Assembly (NCBI GenBank): GCA_037834085.1
Contig: JBBMKC010086060.1
Coordinates: forward strand, 1-38,632
Length of the DNA: 38,632 nt
Origin: Bipalium vagum
Taxonomy: Eukaryota
Direction of reading: 5' to 3'
This document shows, piece by piece, positions 1 through 14,100 of this stretch; the first letter of the stretch is position 1, and every line of letters starts with the position of its first letter. Made by a program: the position numbers and the translations under genes. The notes beneath the pieces are model-generated. The model saw nothing but the letters and a program-made list of their open reading frames with translations. It made no database searches and had not been told where the DNA came from.

Positions 1-699
1 ACGTATTTAAGGCTACTAAAATAAATGCGCACAGCAGGCACAAAATCTCAAAACGAATTGCGCAGCGAAAAGGTTAAAAGAACGTGTACAAATACGTTTA
101 AATGTTAATCAAAGAAAAAGAAATAATGAAAATCTTTTATATATTTTTTTATAATCTTTTTAAATAAATTTACAATAATTAATCGTTAAATTTTTGAATT
201 TTAATAAATAAAATTGATTTTAATTATTTTTTTCAAATATTATTTAATATATTTTTAAGTAAGATATTTAATTGATTTTTTGTTGGAAATGTAACATTAA
301 AATCTATGGAAATTGGTAATCGTTGATGTTGGTCTCTTTTTTGCGAACGAAATAAAATTCTCATTAGTTTCAGTAATTTGAAGCATGTATAATTTTGGAT
401 AAAATTTTTCGTTCAATAAACTTAAGCTAATTTTAATTAATTATTTTTCTAAATATTTTATTTTTGATCGCGTTATGTACAGTCTAAGATCTCATTTTTA
501 AGATTATCAAATGCCAGATAAAATAATCTGTTTACGAAGATTTTTATAAATATTGCTTCCAAAGGTTTAGAGAATTTTCAAAAATATATATCAAAATTTA
601 TAGTATCTCTTTATCTTTATTGAGAGTAGTCCCTAGTCACAACAACACATATCATCGTTTTCTTCAATCGTCGATGTACCTTTTATATTCTAATAAATA

Positions 700-1650
700 A
701 CCCTTAGGACCTGTAATCAAATTTCTCGAATCTGTTTTATTGACTCAAATTCATAAACATGAAGGGGTGACTTCAGCCAAGGGAAAAGGAACAAATCACA
801 AAGAATCAAATTTGGTGAATATAGTGCTGGAGAATTGGTTTTGGTTTGATATTTGACCAAAAGATTAAAAATAATTAAGTTTGAGATGGTGCATTATTAT
901 GGTGTCAAATATATGAAATCTGTATCCATAAATCTTGTTGTTTTTTACGAATTGGTTCTATCAAACGGCTCATGTCTTGCTGATGATATTCCTTATCATC
1001 TGATTGACTTGTAGGAAAATGTTCGCTGAGAACTAAGCACAATAATAAAAAAATGGTTACATGATCTTAATTTTGGAATGGCTTTGACGAACTCCTTGGT
1101 TTCTGATCGTTTTTTGCACCTCATTTACTTGCTTATCAATTTGTTTCTGCATGATAATTATGTCTGGTCACCAGTGAAGTTTTCCAACAAAGAATCGTTC
1201 ATAGTAAGCATTTCTTGAATGACAAGAACACTTTGAAATTTTAGCAAAATTTTAAGAGTTCTGGCACAATTTGGGTCGCAGTATGTCTCATTTCTAACTT
1301 GTGTTTCAAATTTGATTTGTAAGAATCATTTGATATTCCACTTCAGATATTTCTCTAATTGTCACCAGATCATCATTTTGTACCATATTTTTATTTTTAT
1401 AAAGGTTTCAATAGTCGGTTTATGGGGAAGATAATCCGGATTTTTTTCATCTTACAAGAGTTTACTGTCTTCGTTAAAGAGGTTGTATCAGTGATAAATC
1501 CATGTTTGGGACATGTATTGAGCTCATAAATAATTCTACATCATTTCTAGAGTTCTGAAACACGAGATCTTGTTCCCTTGATAATATTTGTTAAAAATTC
1601 GTTGATCTTCAAACATTGATATTTGTAAAGGATACTGCTTGATTTTTTAA
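700..1650 (-). mobile_element. Decayed mariner (DD34D) transposon
   Basis: Minus-strand remnants: IVPELL (cf. WVPHEL), FTGDQT (ITGDETW), HHNNAPS (HHDNAP), YSPNLILCDLFLFPWLK (YSPDLAPCDFFLF). Contains stops and frameshifts. Boundaries approximate. Confidence 0.8.
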
Positions 1651-2501
1651 TTGATTACTCGAACAAGGAAGATATCTTAATAACGTAAAACTTTGATTTA
1701 TGTTAAGGAGAGTTCAATAAATCTATTCGAGAAAGAATTTTTTAAAATTCTGTTACCGGAATTTTTTTAATGAAATTTTTTCGGAGTTTCTCAGCACAGT
1801 AACGTATACAATCAATTATAAAAATTTCAGTGAAAGGTATAAAAGAATTTGAATAAGTCTAATTCGCTCAACTCTCAACTAACTCCTCTTAAATTACTGA
1901 AAAAACTGTACTAACACCCTGAATGAGACATTACCACATAAACTGTTAAACATACTGGTTTCTGACCAGTAATGAAGGGTTTTGATAATTACAGATCAAA
2001 TTACTGAAGTACATCATTTGTTTTCGGTAAAGATAATATTCAAATGTAAACACTTCACGCGACTCAGACATGGACAGCCATAAATAATATCTGTTTCACA
2101 TGGCTAAGAAAATATTATGATATTTCAGCGGAAAACTTATTCTTCTCTCAAAGAGAGACTAGAAATTTCTTGCAAAGGCCATTTTAATATTTCGTAACGT
2201 AACCCAATTTAGTATTAGGCCAGATTTAAAATCATTATGCGAGTTCCTATGAATCTGTCGTAAAATTTATGGGCTTGTCGAAATAATAACTAATGAATAT
2301 CAAATCTTTGGCATTCAAATAATGACAAAATCATAATTAAAAATGAAAAAAAGTTTGGGGGACAGTATTTATGCTTAATGGGTATCTCGGAAATATCAAA
2401 TAGTCTTTGTCAAGTCAAGCTGCAAGTGAGTTGGCAACGAAAGGCACAAAAGTATTAATATAATTCTAGCTTGGACTTGTCAGAAACCTCTAGTTTATAT
2501 A

Positions 2502-2639
2502 GAGGGGTCCATAAAAAATTTCGTTTTTGAAACAAAATAGTTAGCTACCTATTATTACAGGACACAAATATATCATTATTATGCACTTTTGTGTCGCTAA
2601 ATACTTTTTTAGACAAACGAAATTTTTTATGCATCCCTG
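2502..2639. mobile_element. Tc1/mariner-type MITE (short foldback)
   Basis: TA-flanked. The left end gaggggtccataaaaaatttcgttt matches the reverse complement of the right end, cagggatgcataaaaaatttcgttt. Imperfect arms of about 45 bp. Confidence 0.7.
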
Positions 2640-3093
2640 TATATTTGAAAGTGATAAGATTTTGTTTCTTCCTCTGAACACGCTGAATTCGGCTTTCAAC
2701 AAATTATCTTTGGGAATCTCCTGATTTTTTCGATAAACACTGGTTCCCATAGAGAATTTGACGAAACAGTTGGTTTTCACAATTTGCTTAGGGAATTATG
2801 AAAACAATATAATTAGGCTTTCTGAAGTTCTTAATTGAAAATTATCATTGTTAAAACACGAAAACAATCTTAAAACAACAAATTATTTGTAAACATGTTA
2901 TGGTAATCAATTTTTCTGAAAGAGTAAGAAGAAACACAAATCACACAGATTCTTTTGAAGACGATCTCGAACAAAACTTCAAATGAAAAATCTATAAAAG
3001 GGACGAGAATTTATCGTCTCCCTTTCTATATCTTGTATATATATATCTCGTTCGAGAAAGTTCAACTGAGAATATTATTCCTTTTTTCTTCAG

Positions 3094-3239
3094 GTATTTT
3101 GCAGGGAACTTCCACCGTGCTCGTAGTGTATGACATGTCCGAGGTGCGGAAAATTATCAGCGTTTGCAATAAAGTTAAGCTTTTCATGAATTTCATTGAG
3201 ACCATTTCCACTATGGATCAGTTGGCCATCTTTATAAAA
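3094..3239 (+). CDS. VCL: Vinculin exon (D1; [49 protein letters not shown])
   Basis: Acceptor ttttttcttcAG|gt, donor AAA|GTAAAT. Matches vinculin [22 protein letters not shown]. Confidence 0.93.
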
Positions 3240-6200
3240 GTAAATTGATTCAATTGATCAATGAATATATGTCCAATATTTATAAATTGATAATTTTATT
3301 TATTTTTTGTGATAATTTAAATATTTTTTATCGATTTTACTCTGTATTAATTTTATTGCATTATTTTTATCATGATGAATATTTTGAAATTAAATTTCGA
3401 TTTTATTATTATTTTATGTGAAATAATTTAATTAATTAATTTTTAATTAAATTAATTTTTATAAATTATTCAAAAATAACCAAAGTTATTTTTCTAACTT
3501 CACTAAATATGAGAAATAAGTTTCATTAAATACAAAAATATTTCACCTGTTTCTATTATAAAAGATTTTTACAGGCGTCTGTGTTTCTTAAATATATAGA
3601 ATAAACAACATGTGTTCTGTATATAAACTGGTTTGAGAGTCTTGATTATGATAATATATTGTTAGAGAGAGAGGGGGGAGAGAATGGGAAGATGGATAAG
3701 GAAAATACTTCGAAATCGTATGATAAGAATTACATGTGTAAAATTAATTAAAATATAATGGATTGACACCTCGGACGATATCCCGAAGAAATAAAATGTA
3801 AATTATATTGGAGAAAAATACTTGATAAAATTATTTTCTAAATTTTATCTGTTTAATTTTTTTTCTACAACACTTGTTTAAATTGTTTAAATTTATAAAA
3901 TTATTGATTTTTTCTCATTATATACATATTTTTTCTTAAATTATTTATGGAAATTATATTATAATTTTTGTCAAATTTTATAATAATTATTGACCAGTGT
4001 TAATTTTTAATCGAATAATTTTAATCTAATAAATTCAATTCAATATTTATGGCGGCGATTTTGTCCTTTCCTTCAATTGAATTTACCAGGGTTAATGAAA
4101 AAATTTTTTATAATATTTTATGAATTTTAAATGTACAATTTTTCTGGTAAATAATATGTTAATCTCAAAATATGATCCTTTTAATAAGTTTTTATTGATA
4201 AATACTCTGGTACATATTACTTGACAGATCATTGGAAATTGTCAATGTCTTTTTGGGCTGATTTTTGCATTCATAAATCTAAAAGGAAATTATTATAATG
4301 GAAGAAAAGCAGAAATAGTCTAATGATAAACTTTATCGAAAAATTATCTTACATTTTTATATTGAAAGAAAAAATATATATTAATAACGAAATGTAAATG
4401 CGTCAAATGTTGTACTTTTAAGTTTTAAGAATTCCAAGCTTTTTTGGAAATTGAATTGCACAAGGTAAAGTTATTAACGAAATTTTAAATATATTAAATT
4501 GTTGCATATGGAAGTTCTGATTTTTATGTTGATTTTCACGAACCCTTAACTTTGTCAAAAAAAATTTACTTAATCAAATATGCACAATTACAATCAATAA
4601 AAGTTGGCAACGTGAAACAAGGTAAAAATACTGTAAAAGTTGATATCTCGGGATTCTTTGAAACATCGAAAAGTATCTTTAACCATGGTTAATTAACCGA
4701 GATTCTAATGACGGAAGAATAAATAAAGGTTCTTGAAAATGAAAATCAATTGGTGATAAGTCTGAAGAATAAAGTGGATACGGTAGAACTTCATTTTGCA
4801 GCTGATTTAACTTTTACAGCAATATTCGTGAGGTGTGTAGTCTGGTATTGTCGTACAAAAAAATTGGACCTTTACTGCTGTCGAGTGTTGGCATCTTTTG
4901 AAAAAATTATTTCGCGCATTGTCTATTTTGCACAGCATTTATCACCTGATATTTTTCAACAATTTCAAAGAACCTGTAATTATTGTTTATCTTTGGATGC
5001 AAATTTTTTTTTGAATCTTGTTTTCATTGATTAATTTTTTATTTAGTCATTACGCAGATCTTTTACGATTATCGTATATCCTTCATTTTTCATCTCAAGT
5101 AATGATTCGCGATAAAAATACTCATATTTATTTCTTTGAATAAATGGAAAGCAAAGTTGATACCCATGGATTTTTTGAATTTATTAAGTTTATAAGACAC
5201 ATGTTGATTCTTTTTTCCAATAACTGATTCAATTGATTACCATTTTAAAGAATAATTAAAATTAATAATCAAAGGGATTTCATAAATTTTATTACGAGTT
5301 TTATGGGGAAAAAATATAATTCTTCTGAATAATAATAATAATAATGTACTGGGGCTCTAATCATTTTCTGCAAATCTTGCCTGTCTTATGCTACTTTCTA
5401 AAATTATATTCCTCAAATTTTCATTATTAATCAAAGTGATCTTCGATTTTTAAAGCTCCTGTCAATAACAGCTCAAATTGAGTTTAAACACTTTCATTCT
5501 GTAATTTGTGCTTAAATCTATGTACCGTGTGAATTCAGCTTATTTTTTCTTAAACACTTTATTTTAATGAGCTGAACAAAATGTTCCAATGTAATGTTTT
5601 TTGCAGACTTTACTTTTATTACGTTTTCTAAATTCCCACATCAGCGTAGTAGTATCAAAGAACTTTTTAAGAGACAAATATTTCCTTTTTAGATTTATGA
5701 GTTGTCCTTTCTCTGAAATAAATATCAGGAATTGTTCAATAAAAATTAAACTATTTTATGTTTCATTAAAAATTTTTTCGTCGCCTTGAAAATGGGCTCC
5801 ATGTGATGAGATACGCTTATTTCAACAAAAAATCTTCATGAATACCACAAGAGTATAGTATGATTATTATGATAGACGAAAATGTCACACAGGATCATGT
5901 TTGGTGAATATGGTATCTGGTCGATAACGTTATTTCACTCTTGGATCAAAAATTCCAGGACAGAGTCGATATAGACGACGCTGTATAATAGTGACATAAA
6001 GAATATTTTCTCTCAACGTCTCATCATATCTAGTGAGTATTGTCAATTAATTATTATTCTGCTCATAAAGGAACTTTAATTCATAAAACATCGATAATCA
6101 ATGGCAATAGTTAAACAAAACTGTGATATCTGAGCGACTGGTTATTTATCTTTCGTTTTGTTGACTTCCATATTATACAGATAAGCTCGTGTCTCGTCAC

Positions 6201-9200
6201 CGGTGTGTCTCTTCGTTGAAAAATTTTTTAAACAATTTTTTTCTAAAACGTAGGTAAATATCATTCCTAGAAGAATTATAGTCATTGTTCAATTTTCATC
6301 CATCTCTATGGATTGATGATTTTCAAATTATTTTTCACTTTATTAACATTTGACTCATTTAAAAATATTGAAAGTAGACTTAAGCGATGATGTTTACAGA
6401 ATCTCGTGAAGTTTTCGTATCACCTGTCTTCATGAAATGTCAGATTCATAAAAAAAATTGATAGAATGCTTCAAATAATTCGCGCAAAATAGTTTGAAAC
6501 AGATAATACTCTTTGGTCAATGGATATAAACCTATTCTGCTGCACAACAATGTCAGACCAAAATTTGGAAAAGTTAATTCGACAAAATTATGGGATCTTA
6601 GACCCGATTATCTGGATCTGTCACTTACCGATTTTAACCTTTTCAGAAGCTTTGTCAATTTTATGCAAATTTACTTCTACATCAATCGAGCCTCTGCCAT
6701 TTAGACTTTTCAGGACTTTTTAGTCAGTAAAATAGCGATTTTTAAAAAGAGGTTTGTAATTTACCTGACCATTGGCTGCAAACACTTGATTCAACCGGTG
6801 ACTATTTTATTGAATAAATGTTTACTGTCTGTTCATAATGCAGTTCTACTTTCATATCTCTGGGTCTGATATTTCATATGAAGACATTTATGTTCAAATT
6901 TTTGATACATATTAACAGTTGTTTCTTTTTTAAAATTTTAACCGAATCAATTCAAGAAATTCCATCCAAAATTTCGGGATAATTTTTTTCACTATATTTG
7001 TTTTTAAATTTAGGTAATTCAAACGTCACATAGAGTTGAATGAAACAATTAAAATATTTAAAAATAATATAATAATAATAAATGATAATAATAATGCTTT
7101 AAATTACAATCTGACATATCCATAGTAAATAAATCAGAAGATTTCATTTACATTTCTTCTCCTGCATTTATTTATTTTATGTATGTTTACTTTCGTAAAC
7201 AATCTGGTTCAATTTATTCGGTCAATCTACAGTTTAATAAAACTGAAATCATTTAATTTGGCCCTTTAACCCATTTCAATATAATTTGAAAATATTTTCA
7301 TGTCTAATTTTTCCTTGTAAAAGTAATTTTACTTCACTGAAACAAAATAATTCAATTATTTTTTTTGGGAAAATAATCAAGGCAATTAAGATTCGGCTCT
7401 TAACCGATGCTTGGCTGGCATTGTTTTAATTGCCCCATATATCTATTGATAAAATCATAGTGCAAATTCCTTCTCTTTTCAAAGTAAAATGTACGGAATT
7501 ATAGTCCAGAATTTTTTTAATAGTTGCTACTAAAGACAGTGTAATATATCTATATTTCTGAAGAAATTTTTTAAGGAAATCAATTATTTTTTAAATTGTA
7601 ATTCTTTTTATTTAACTCTAAAAATTTACTTTATTTTTCGTTCTAGCTCACCTAAATGACGTTGTTAATGACTGGAAAAAAGGATTTTTTACTGCCAAAC
7701 TATCTCAAGGATGACAGTGGAAAATTGTATTTGTCCCAAAATTTTAACCGTTTAATTGAATGTAAAATTAATTAAAATAGTCTGAGAAAAATTTCAATTC
7801 GATTTTAATTTAGAATTAGGATTTTTCTTTTCATTTTTTGAATATAATTAATATAAAAGTGAAGAACGCTTATTTTTCCATTCAGTAAAACAAAGAATTT
7901 CGTACAAAAAATATTCTATCAATGAATTATGACGATGGATATTTTTTCATTTGTAAAAGGGAATTCTTAAAGAAAAAAAATTTTAGTAAATTAATTGCTC
8001 CTAGAAATGTTCTTTGATTTTATAATACATGAAAAAAAATTTTTAATTTTTTTATGTTAGTTATCGATTTTATTGATTTTTTATTATAAATATATAAAAG
8101 TGCAAATGTAAAGATATTCATTTATGATTGTTTTTGTTATATTTGGATATCTTTCAAATCTTTCAGTAAAATATCCGGAATATTAATTGTAAAATATCAA
8201 AATATAATGATAATAATAATACTTTTGCAGGAAAACGCTCTGTTTCACATTGCAAATTTATCTGTACAAAAATTATAGGAAATGGGTTTCGAAACATTAA
8301 CTCATTTCTATACTCTCTAGATATATCTCCTATAGATTATCATCTATTCTTTTCACTTGACAATTTCATACGAAAAAGAAATTCAAAAATCAATATGACG
8401 TTCAACTCATATTTGCTACTTTTGTCGAATCCCGTGATCTGGAATTTTTAAAAGACTTCATTAATAAACTGTTAGAAAGTTAGTGGTGTCGTGAGTGATT
8501 ATTTTAATTAATAAAGTTTTTCACGGTGACTTATCGACTTTTGATTTGTGATATAAAAAGAAGCAACCTGATTTATAGTCACCCTTAAGTTGTGACTTAA
8601 ATCTTCTCGATTATTACCTATGGGGCGTAGTTGAATCACAATTTAACCTAAACCGCATAACTGAATCAAGTACTTACAGATTTCTGTCATGTAATTAATG
8701 ACTAAATCGGACATGGAAGAGGTCAAGCGAGCCAGCAGCACATTTTAATCTTAACTTGGGTCTGTTATGACCGGTAATAATAAAATAATCCTAGAATTTA
8801 CACTTTCATGTATTTTTGCTAATTTTATTATAATAAAGTTATTAATTTTCTTTACGTCTTTTTATTAAGATAATAAATTTTCCGGATTTATCTCAACGAC
8901 CCTGTATATTGATATCAATAATGTAATAATAATGATAATAATATAATTAATAGTATTATATCTCAATATTAATTATCATAATCAAAAATCGTTAAAAATT
9001 GAAATAACAATAATAATTATTCTATTAATAATCAAATTATAATGATTATTATTATGTATCGATAAAAATTGGTTACATTAACCTTCTGCAGTTGAGAGAC
9101 CTGTTTATCTGTATACATCTCTTAGAACCTGACTCCCCAGTTGACTTCAATGACCAAATTAACTGCCAGTCGAGCTGACGAACTGACTGTGAAAGATCAT

Positions 9201-11071
9201 GCTGATATATTGATTCAGTCTGTGGATCAGATCAAGACATATACGCCACTGCTTTTGTCGTCAATGAAAATGTTGATCATCAACAGCGACCATCCGGGTA
9301 GATGATTTTTTTTAGTCATGACATACCTTTACTAATTATTGATTAATTAATTGTAATTACTCTTTTACAATGTTTCACAATAGAAATCGATGAGGAATAA
9401 TAGTTTTATTTCTTCGTCTGATTTTTAGGCTGCCAGAATCTTGGTACTGTTCTGTCGGGACTGTGACTAAACTTTCCGACCTTGTTTCTGGGCACTGATT
9501 TATCATTTAAATGTTGCATTTTTCCCTTTTCTTCTCCATATTATCTTTTTCATCTGATTTGTGGGAAACTTTTTTCTTGTCGCTTTTTACCCAATAGACC
9601 GGTCTATCCTATTTTCTGGACACTTCGTTTATCTATACTGCGTGGTGTAATAATTTTCTTGTTGAAACGAATTGATTTTATCTGTCGTTTTTTCTTGTAA
9701 ATTTATAAAACAGCGACATTTGACTTGTTCGCTTGGATATTAAAACAAGTGAAAGGTGCTGTCGGCTTTTAGGCTTTTCTCTCTGATAAAACTTGAATTT
9801 ACTTTGATTCGAAAATTAATTGCTCGATCATTAATGGTTTTGGAAAACATTGATTTATTGATTTTTTTATGTTCGTTTCATAATATAGATTATTCTTTTG
9901 ACATTATCTTGAATTCATTTTTAAATATCAAGTTTGACAGAAGTGAATATTTCAATATATAAATCGTTGGACAGGAGTTAATCGATAATTAGAATTGGAA
10001 ACTAAATTCAGTCCGCAAAACATTTATTAAATAAAATATTATAAAACATCAGAAAACTTAATTTAAGGTTAATAATGTTATAAGTTTTGTCCGGAAATAA
10101 GTATAATTTCATTATCCTGTAATCTGATTGGTTATTAACTATGAAATCAATTATTTTGCTTGGATTTTTATTATTGAAATTTGTAATATCTTTTATTGTA
10201 GTAATAGAATGTACTAAAGAAGATTTACAAAAATTAATAAATTAATACGGTTCTTGAGGAGAAATTGTTAATGAACTAGCATGTAGAAGATGGATAGCAA
10301 GATTTATGAATAAGTTTGCGATGGATAAATTCAAAAGATAATATATTTCAATAAGCTGGTAACGATGTGTTGAATGTGGCAGCGATTATTTTGAAAATGA
10401 TCATCTAGACGATGACTTAATGTAACCAGTTGCAACATTATTTACATTATATAAAGTTTTCTGATGTTGTATAATATTTTTCTAATAAGTGTGTTGAGTC
10501 TTGACTGTTGTTTCTCAAACATTAATCACCATGCTCTATATATTGGGTTCTTCAAAAAACAGCTCTTTTTAATTTTAAGATTCTCAAAATATCGAACAGA
10601 ACAATAAATATATATTTGTACAATCATAAGCACTTTAATATAATTACCATGCTTCTTGATTACCTCATGAAGGTGACTTTTCAGATGTTCGAAGACAATA
10701 TGAATTTTCAGATTTCTAAGAAAATTTGGTGCTAAGTTTACTCTCTAGACCTTGTGATCATCTGCTCTACGATGTGGATACCTTGATTGGACGCACTATA
10801 ATAACAGTTTTTCAGACACGATTCAGTATACTGAACTAATACAAAGATTAGTAACAGCAGAGATTTCTCTGGTAGCGCATTCGAAGTAACAATTATTCTA
10901 GCGAATATTTTCACTTTTTGAAATTACTCAAAAACGCTGTTTTTTCGAAACCCCACATTTATAAATCTTGATGTTGAGTATATAATGATCATCGAAATAA
11001 TTCCAGATTTAATTATAACTATAATTTTGCCTACAAATTTTATTAGTTTTTAACCATGAGAAAATTCGCAC

Positions 11072-11125
<54 letters not shown>

Positions 11126-14100
11126 ACAATTCCTTCATTTAATATTTCTGCCAATATTAATCTGGGTTTGGAAATAATGAAAATTGATATTTTTTAATTG
11201 TTTTACAAAAAATATTGGTTTAGAAAGACTGTTAGATCGCATTTCATATTAATTTTTTGTCAGGTAATTGCGACCAAAATTCGATCAATGAATGTAAGAA
11301 AAACAGAAATTATTCCGTTTTCAAGCTTTTGGAGTATATTCAAGAAATAATACGCGTCTTACTATTGACTGGAGAGACAGAATCGCCTTGGTGGGAAAAC
11401 GATCAGTATAACATAATCCGACAATGTATAACGAAAATAGACAGCCATTCGGGACTGGTAGAGCAGTGGTTCTCGAACAATCAGGTTGGTATGGAATTCC
11501 ATTAGCTTTTGTATTGTATTGAATTGAGTCATCATTGACATTTTTGCTTTTTCTTAGTACAATAACAGCAGTCTCTATTCAGCTGCTGTGAGTGATTTAA
11601 TGGATAATGTACAAATGATACTCAACAATTGCTCGGATCCGATCATCTGCAACAAAATCAATTCAGAATTATCAAATTGGAAACAGTTACAAGCCAAAAT
11701 GTGCGATTTGCAAAGAAAAGGCGAGGTGAGCTTTATCAATTTTATTTTCTGGATACTTAATTTTTATAGACTTTTTTATGATTATGTCAGCACTGACAAA
11801 AATAACAATAATATTAACAATCAATAATAAAAAATCTAAACACCAAGTTGTGTATGAAGCCTTAAAGATATCGAGAAGTCTTCTAACAGGCACCGAAAAT
11901 ATAGATATCGAATTATTTCAGTCGCTAAACAAAATTAGAAAAGTTATTAGTTGTGAAAAAAAAGAATTCAAGCAAAACTGGAAAAATATGGATTTGTTGT
12001 AAAAGAAATCTTATTAATTTTTTTTAATTGAGTTTTTTTAAAATTTTTTGAATATTTTTGAAATCCCCACGTGTTCAAATAACCCAGGGCTCTCTGTAAT
12101 ACAATCAATTATTAATATTGATAATAATAATAATGATAATAATAATAAAAGTATTTTAAAATTTTTTATTATCACAAATCTGATATATTCAAAATTTAGT
12201 CAAACCATGGGAATCCTATATTAATATAAATAATACTTTAAACATGTTTTATATTATTAAGTAATTAAATTCTATTATTTAAATTATTAAATTTAAATGA
12301 TTTATTTATTATTATTTAAATAATAATAAATATTATAATATTATGTATAATATATTAGTATGGTTTTAAAATTAAATATTTCCGTGGTCTGCTTATCCTC
12401 ATAATAATTAATAATAATAAATCAATAATAATACTATTAATAATCAATAATTATATTAATATTAATGAATAACGATATTAATATGAATAATCAAAAATAA
12501 GATTACTAATTATAAATATTGATAATAATAATAATAATTATATTATTAATCAATAATTATGTTTATAAACAATAACAATAACAGAAAGATTAAAGCGCTG
12601 CTTTCAAAGTGATTCCTCTGGCATTGTTGGGAATATTTACAACTTGAATTTGTTTATCCACTTCTTTCATCAGACAAAACTGTCAAAATTGTTTATATTA
12701 AATTGAAATCAACAATTTTTGTGATATTTGCAAAATATAATCAATTCAGACATTGAATCATGGTTTGGCAAGCTGCTTTTCCCCTAAAATTGTGATATCT
12801 TAATTTCGCTGTCTGTAAGTGGGTGGAATTTCTGAAAATTACCAGAATCGACTTTGGCGTTCCAAAATATTGATCTTTCTCCTCTGGGAGAGCCGAGCGC
12901 CACATTTCCCTTCAATGACATTACTGAACCAAATGAACTATCAAAAAGTATTGGTGGTTATCACTTTTCCCATTGATTTTCCAGACTGATGTCTCCTGGA
13001 CTTTTTAAATCACAGAATGTCATTTTGGCTTTTCCTTTTTTTACTACATCACGTTTTGTTCATTGTTCCCGACCATTACCACCAATGACAAAGAGTCCTG
13101 AGCTTATGATCAAGTAGAAATGTTTTATAACTAAATTAACATATTGAAAATAAATCAAGACAAATAGAAATGAATGAAAAATTTGGCATATGGCCAGTAA
13201 ACCGCGTAAATTTATCATTGAAACGAATGCTATTCTACATAAGTGGTCTTCTGTTCACTTATGACATGAACTTTAATCTTCTCCTTTCAAAGCACGCTCG
13301 TGAGAAGAAGGGAAAACTGGATGGAATTAGGGCAAAATTGATTTCTCCATTCAATTTCCTAAATGTAACATTACCGAAATCTGATTTCTTCGACATACAT
13401 AACACGGGCGACTTTCCTTGGACTGCTTCTATCTAATTGCTTTCCACTGAACATTCTGCTGGTATGGATCGTTTAATTGGAAAATAATAATTGAAATTGT
13501 TTTGATATCATCACAAAATGATTCTATGAAGTCAATCTCATGTATCGTTTCCGTCCTTCAATCAATTCATATGTGTTCAGGGATTATTATTTCAGTTAAT
13601 AAAGCCAAATGAGAATCGACATTTCCACCTCCTAGTGAATGGGAAAAAACTGGTGAAACGGATGCAGAAATTCAGGCACCGTTTTTTAAGACTTATTCAA
13701 CTCATTTTCGCTGGCAATCGTAAATCAATTTGTGCTATTAAATTAATTATTTATTACTTTTATTGATTTATATTTTTTAAAAAACGTTACGTTTTTAACG
13801 AAACAAGAGATTAATATCCCAATAGATATATTTTGTTTTTATTTGTTCTATTTTATTATTATTTTAATGTAATAAATATTATTGGGTTGACAAGAAAGTA
13901 ATTGCAGACTTTTTGAAAAATCAAAATATATGAATTATGTAAAACAAAATATACCCTGTCTTGTCGAAAGTCTTCGGCCACCTAGTAAAAACATATTATA
14001 TAATAAACAAAACAAACTTCTAAGACCATTTATTTATTTATACAATTTTCCAAAGAGGATGCATAGAATAGTATATAAAATAATATTTAATATGGTGTAG

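Noticed and set aside
62-77. piggyBac-like terminus gcagcgaaaaggTTAA
   Set aside because: Only one short end is visible, with no partner or coding remnant in the window.
1-3093. Vinculin start exons (MPVFHT...)
   Set aside because: No matching translation found. The region is mariner/MITE remnant, so the 5' exons are presumably upstream of the window.
7646-7727. Exon-like segment after a good acceptor in the first visible intron
   Set aside because: Immediate stop in the required phase 0, and the flanking exons already join collinearly with vinculin.
9429-9443. 15-nt phase 1-1 microexon candidate (GCQNL)
   Set aside because: It is in frame with an AG/GT pair, but such short matches arise easily by chance, the donor (GTACTG) is weak, and there is no homology support.
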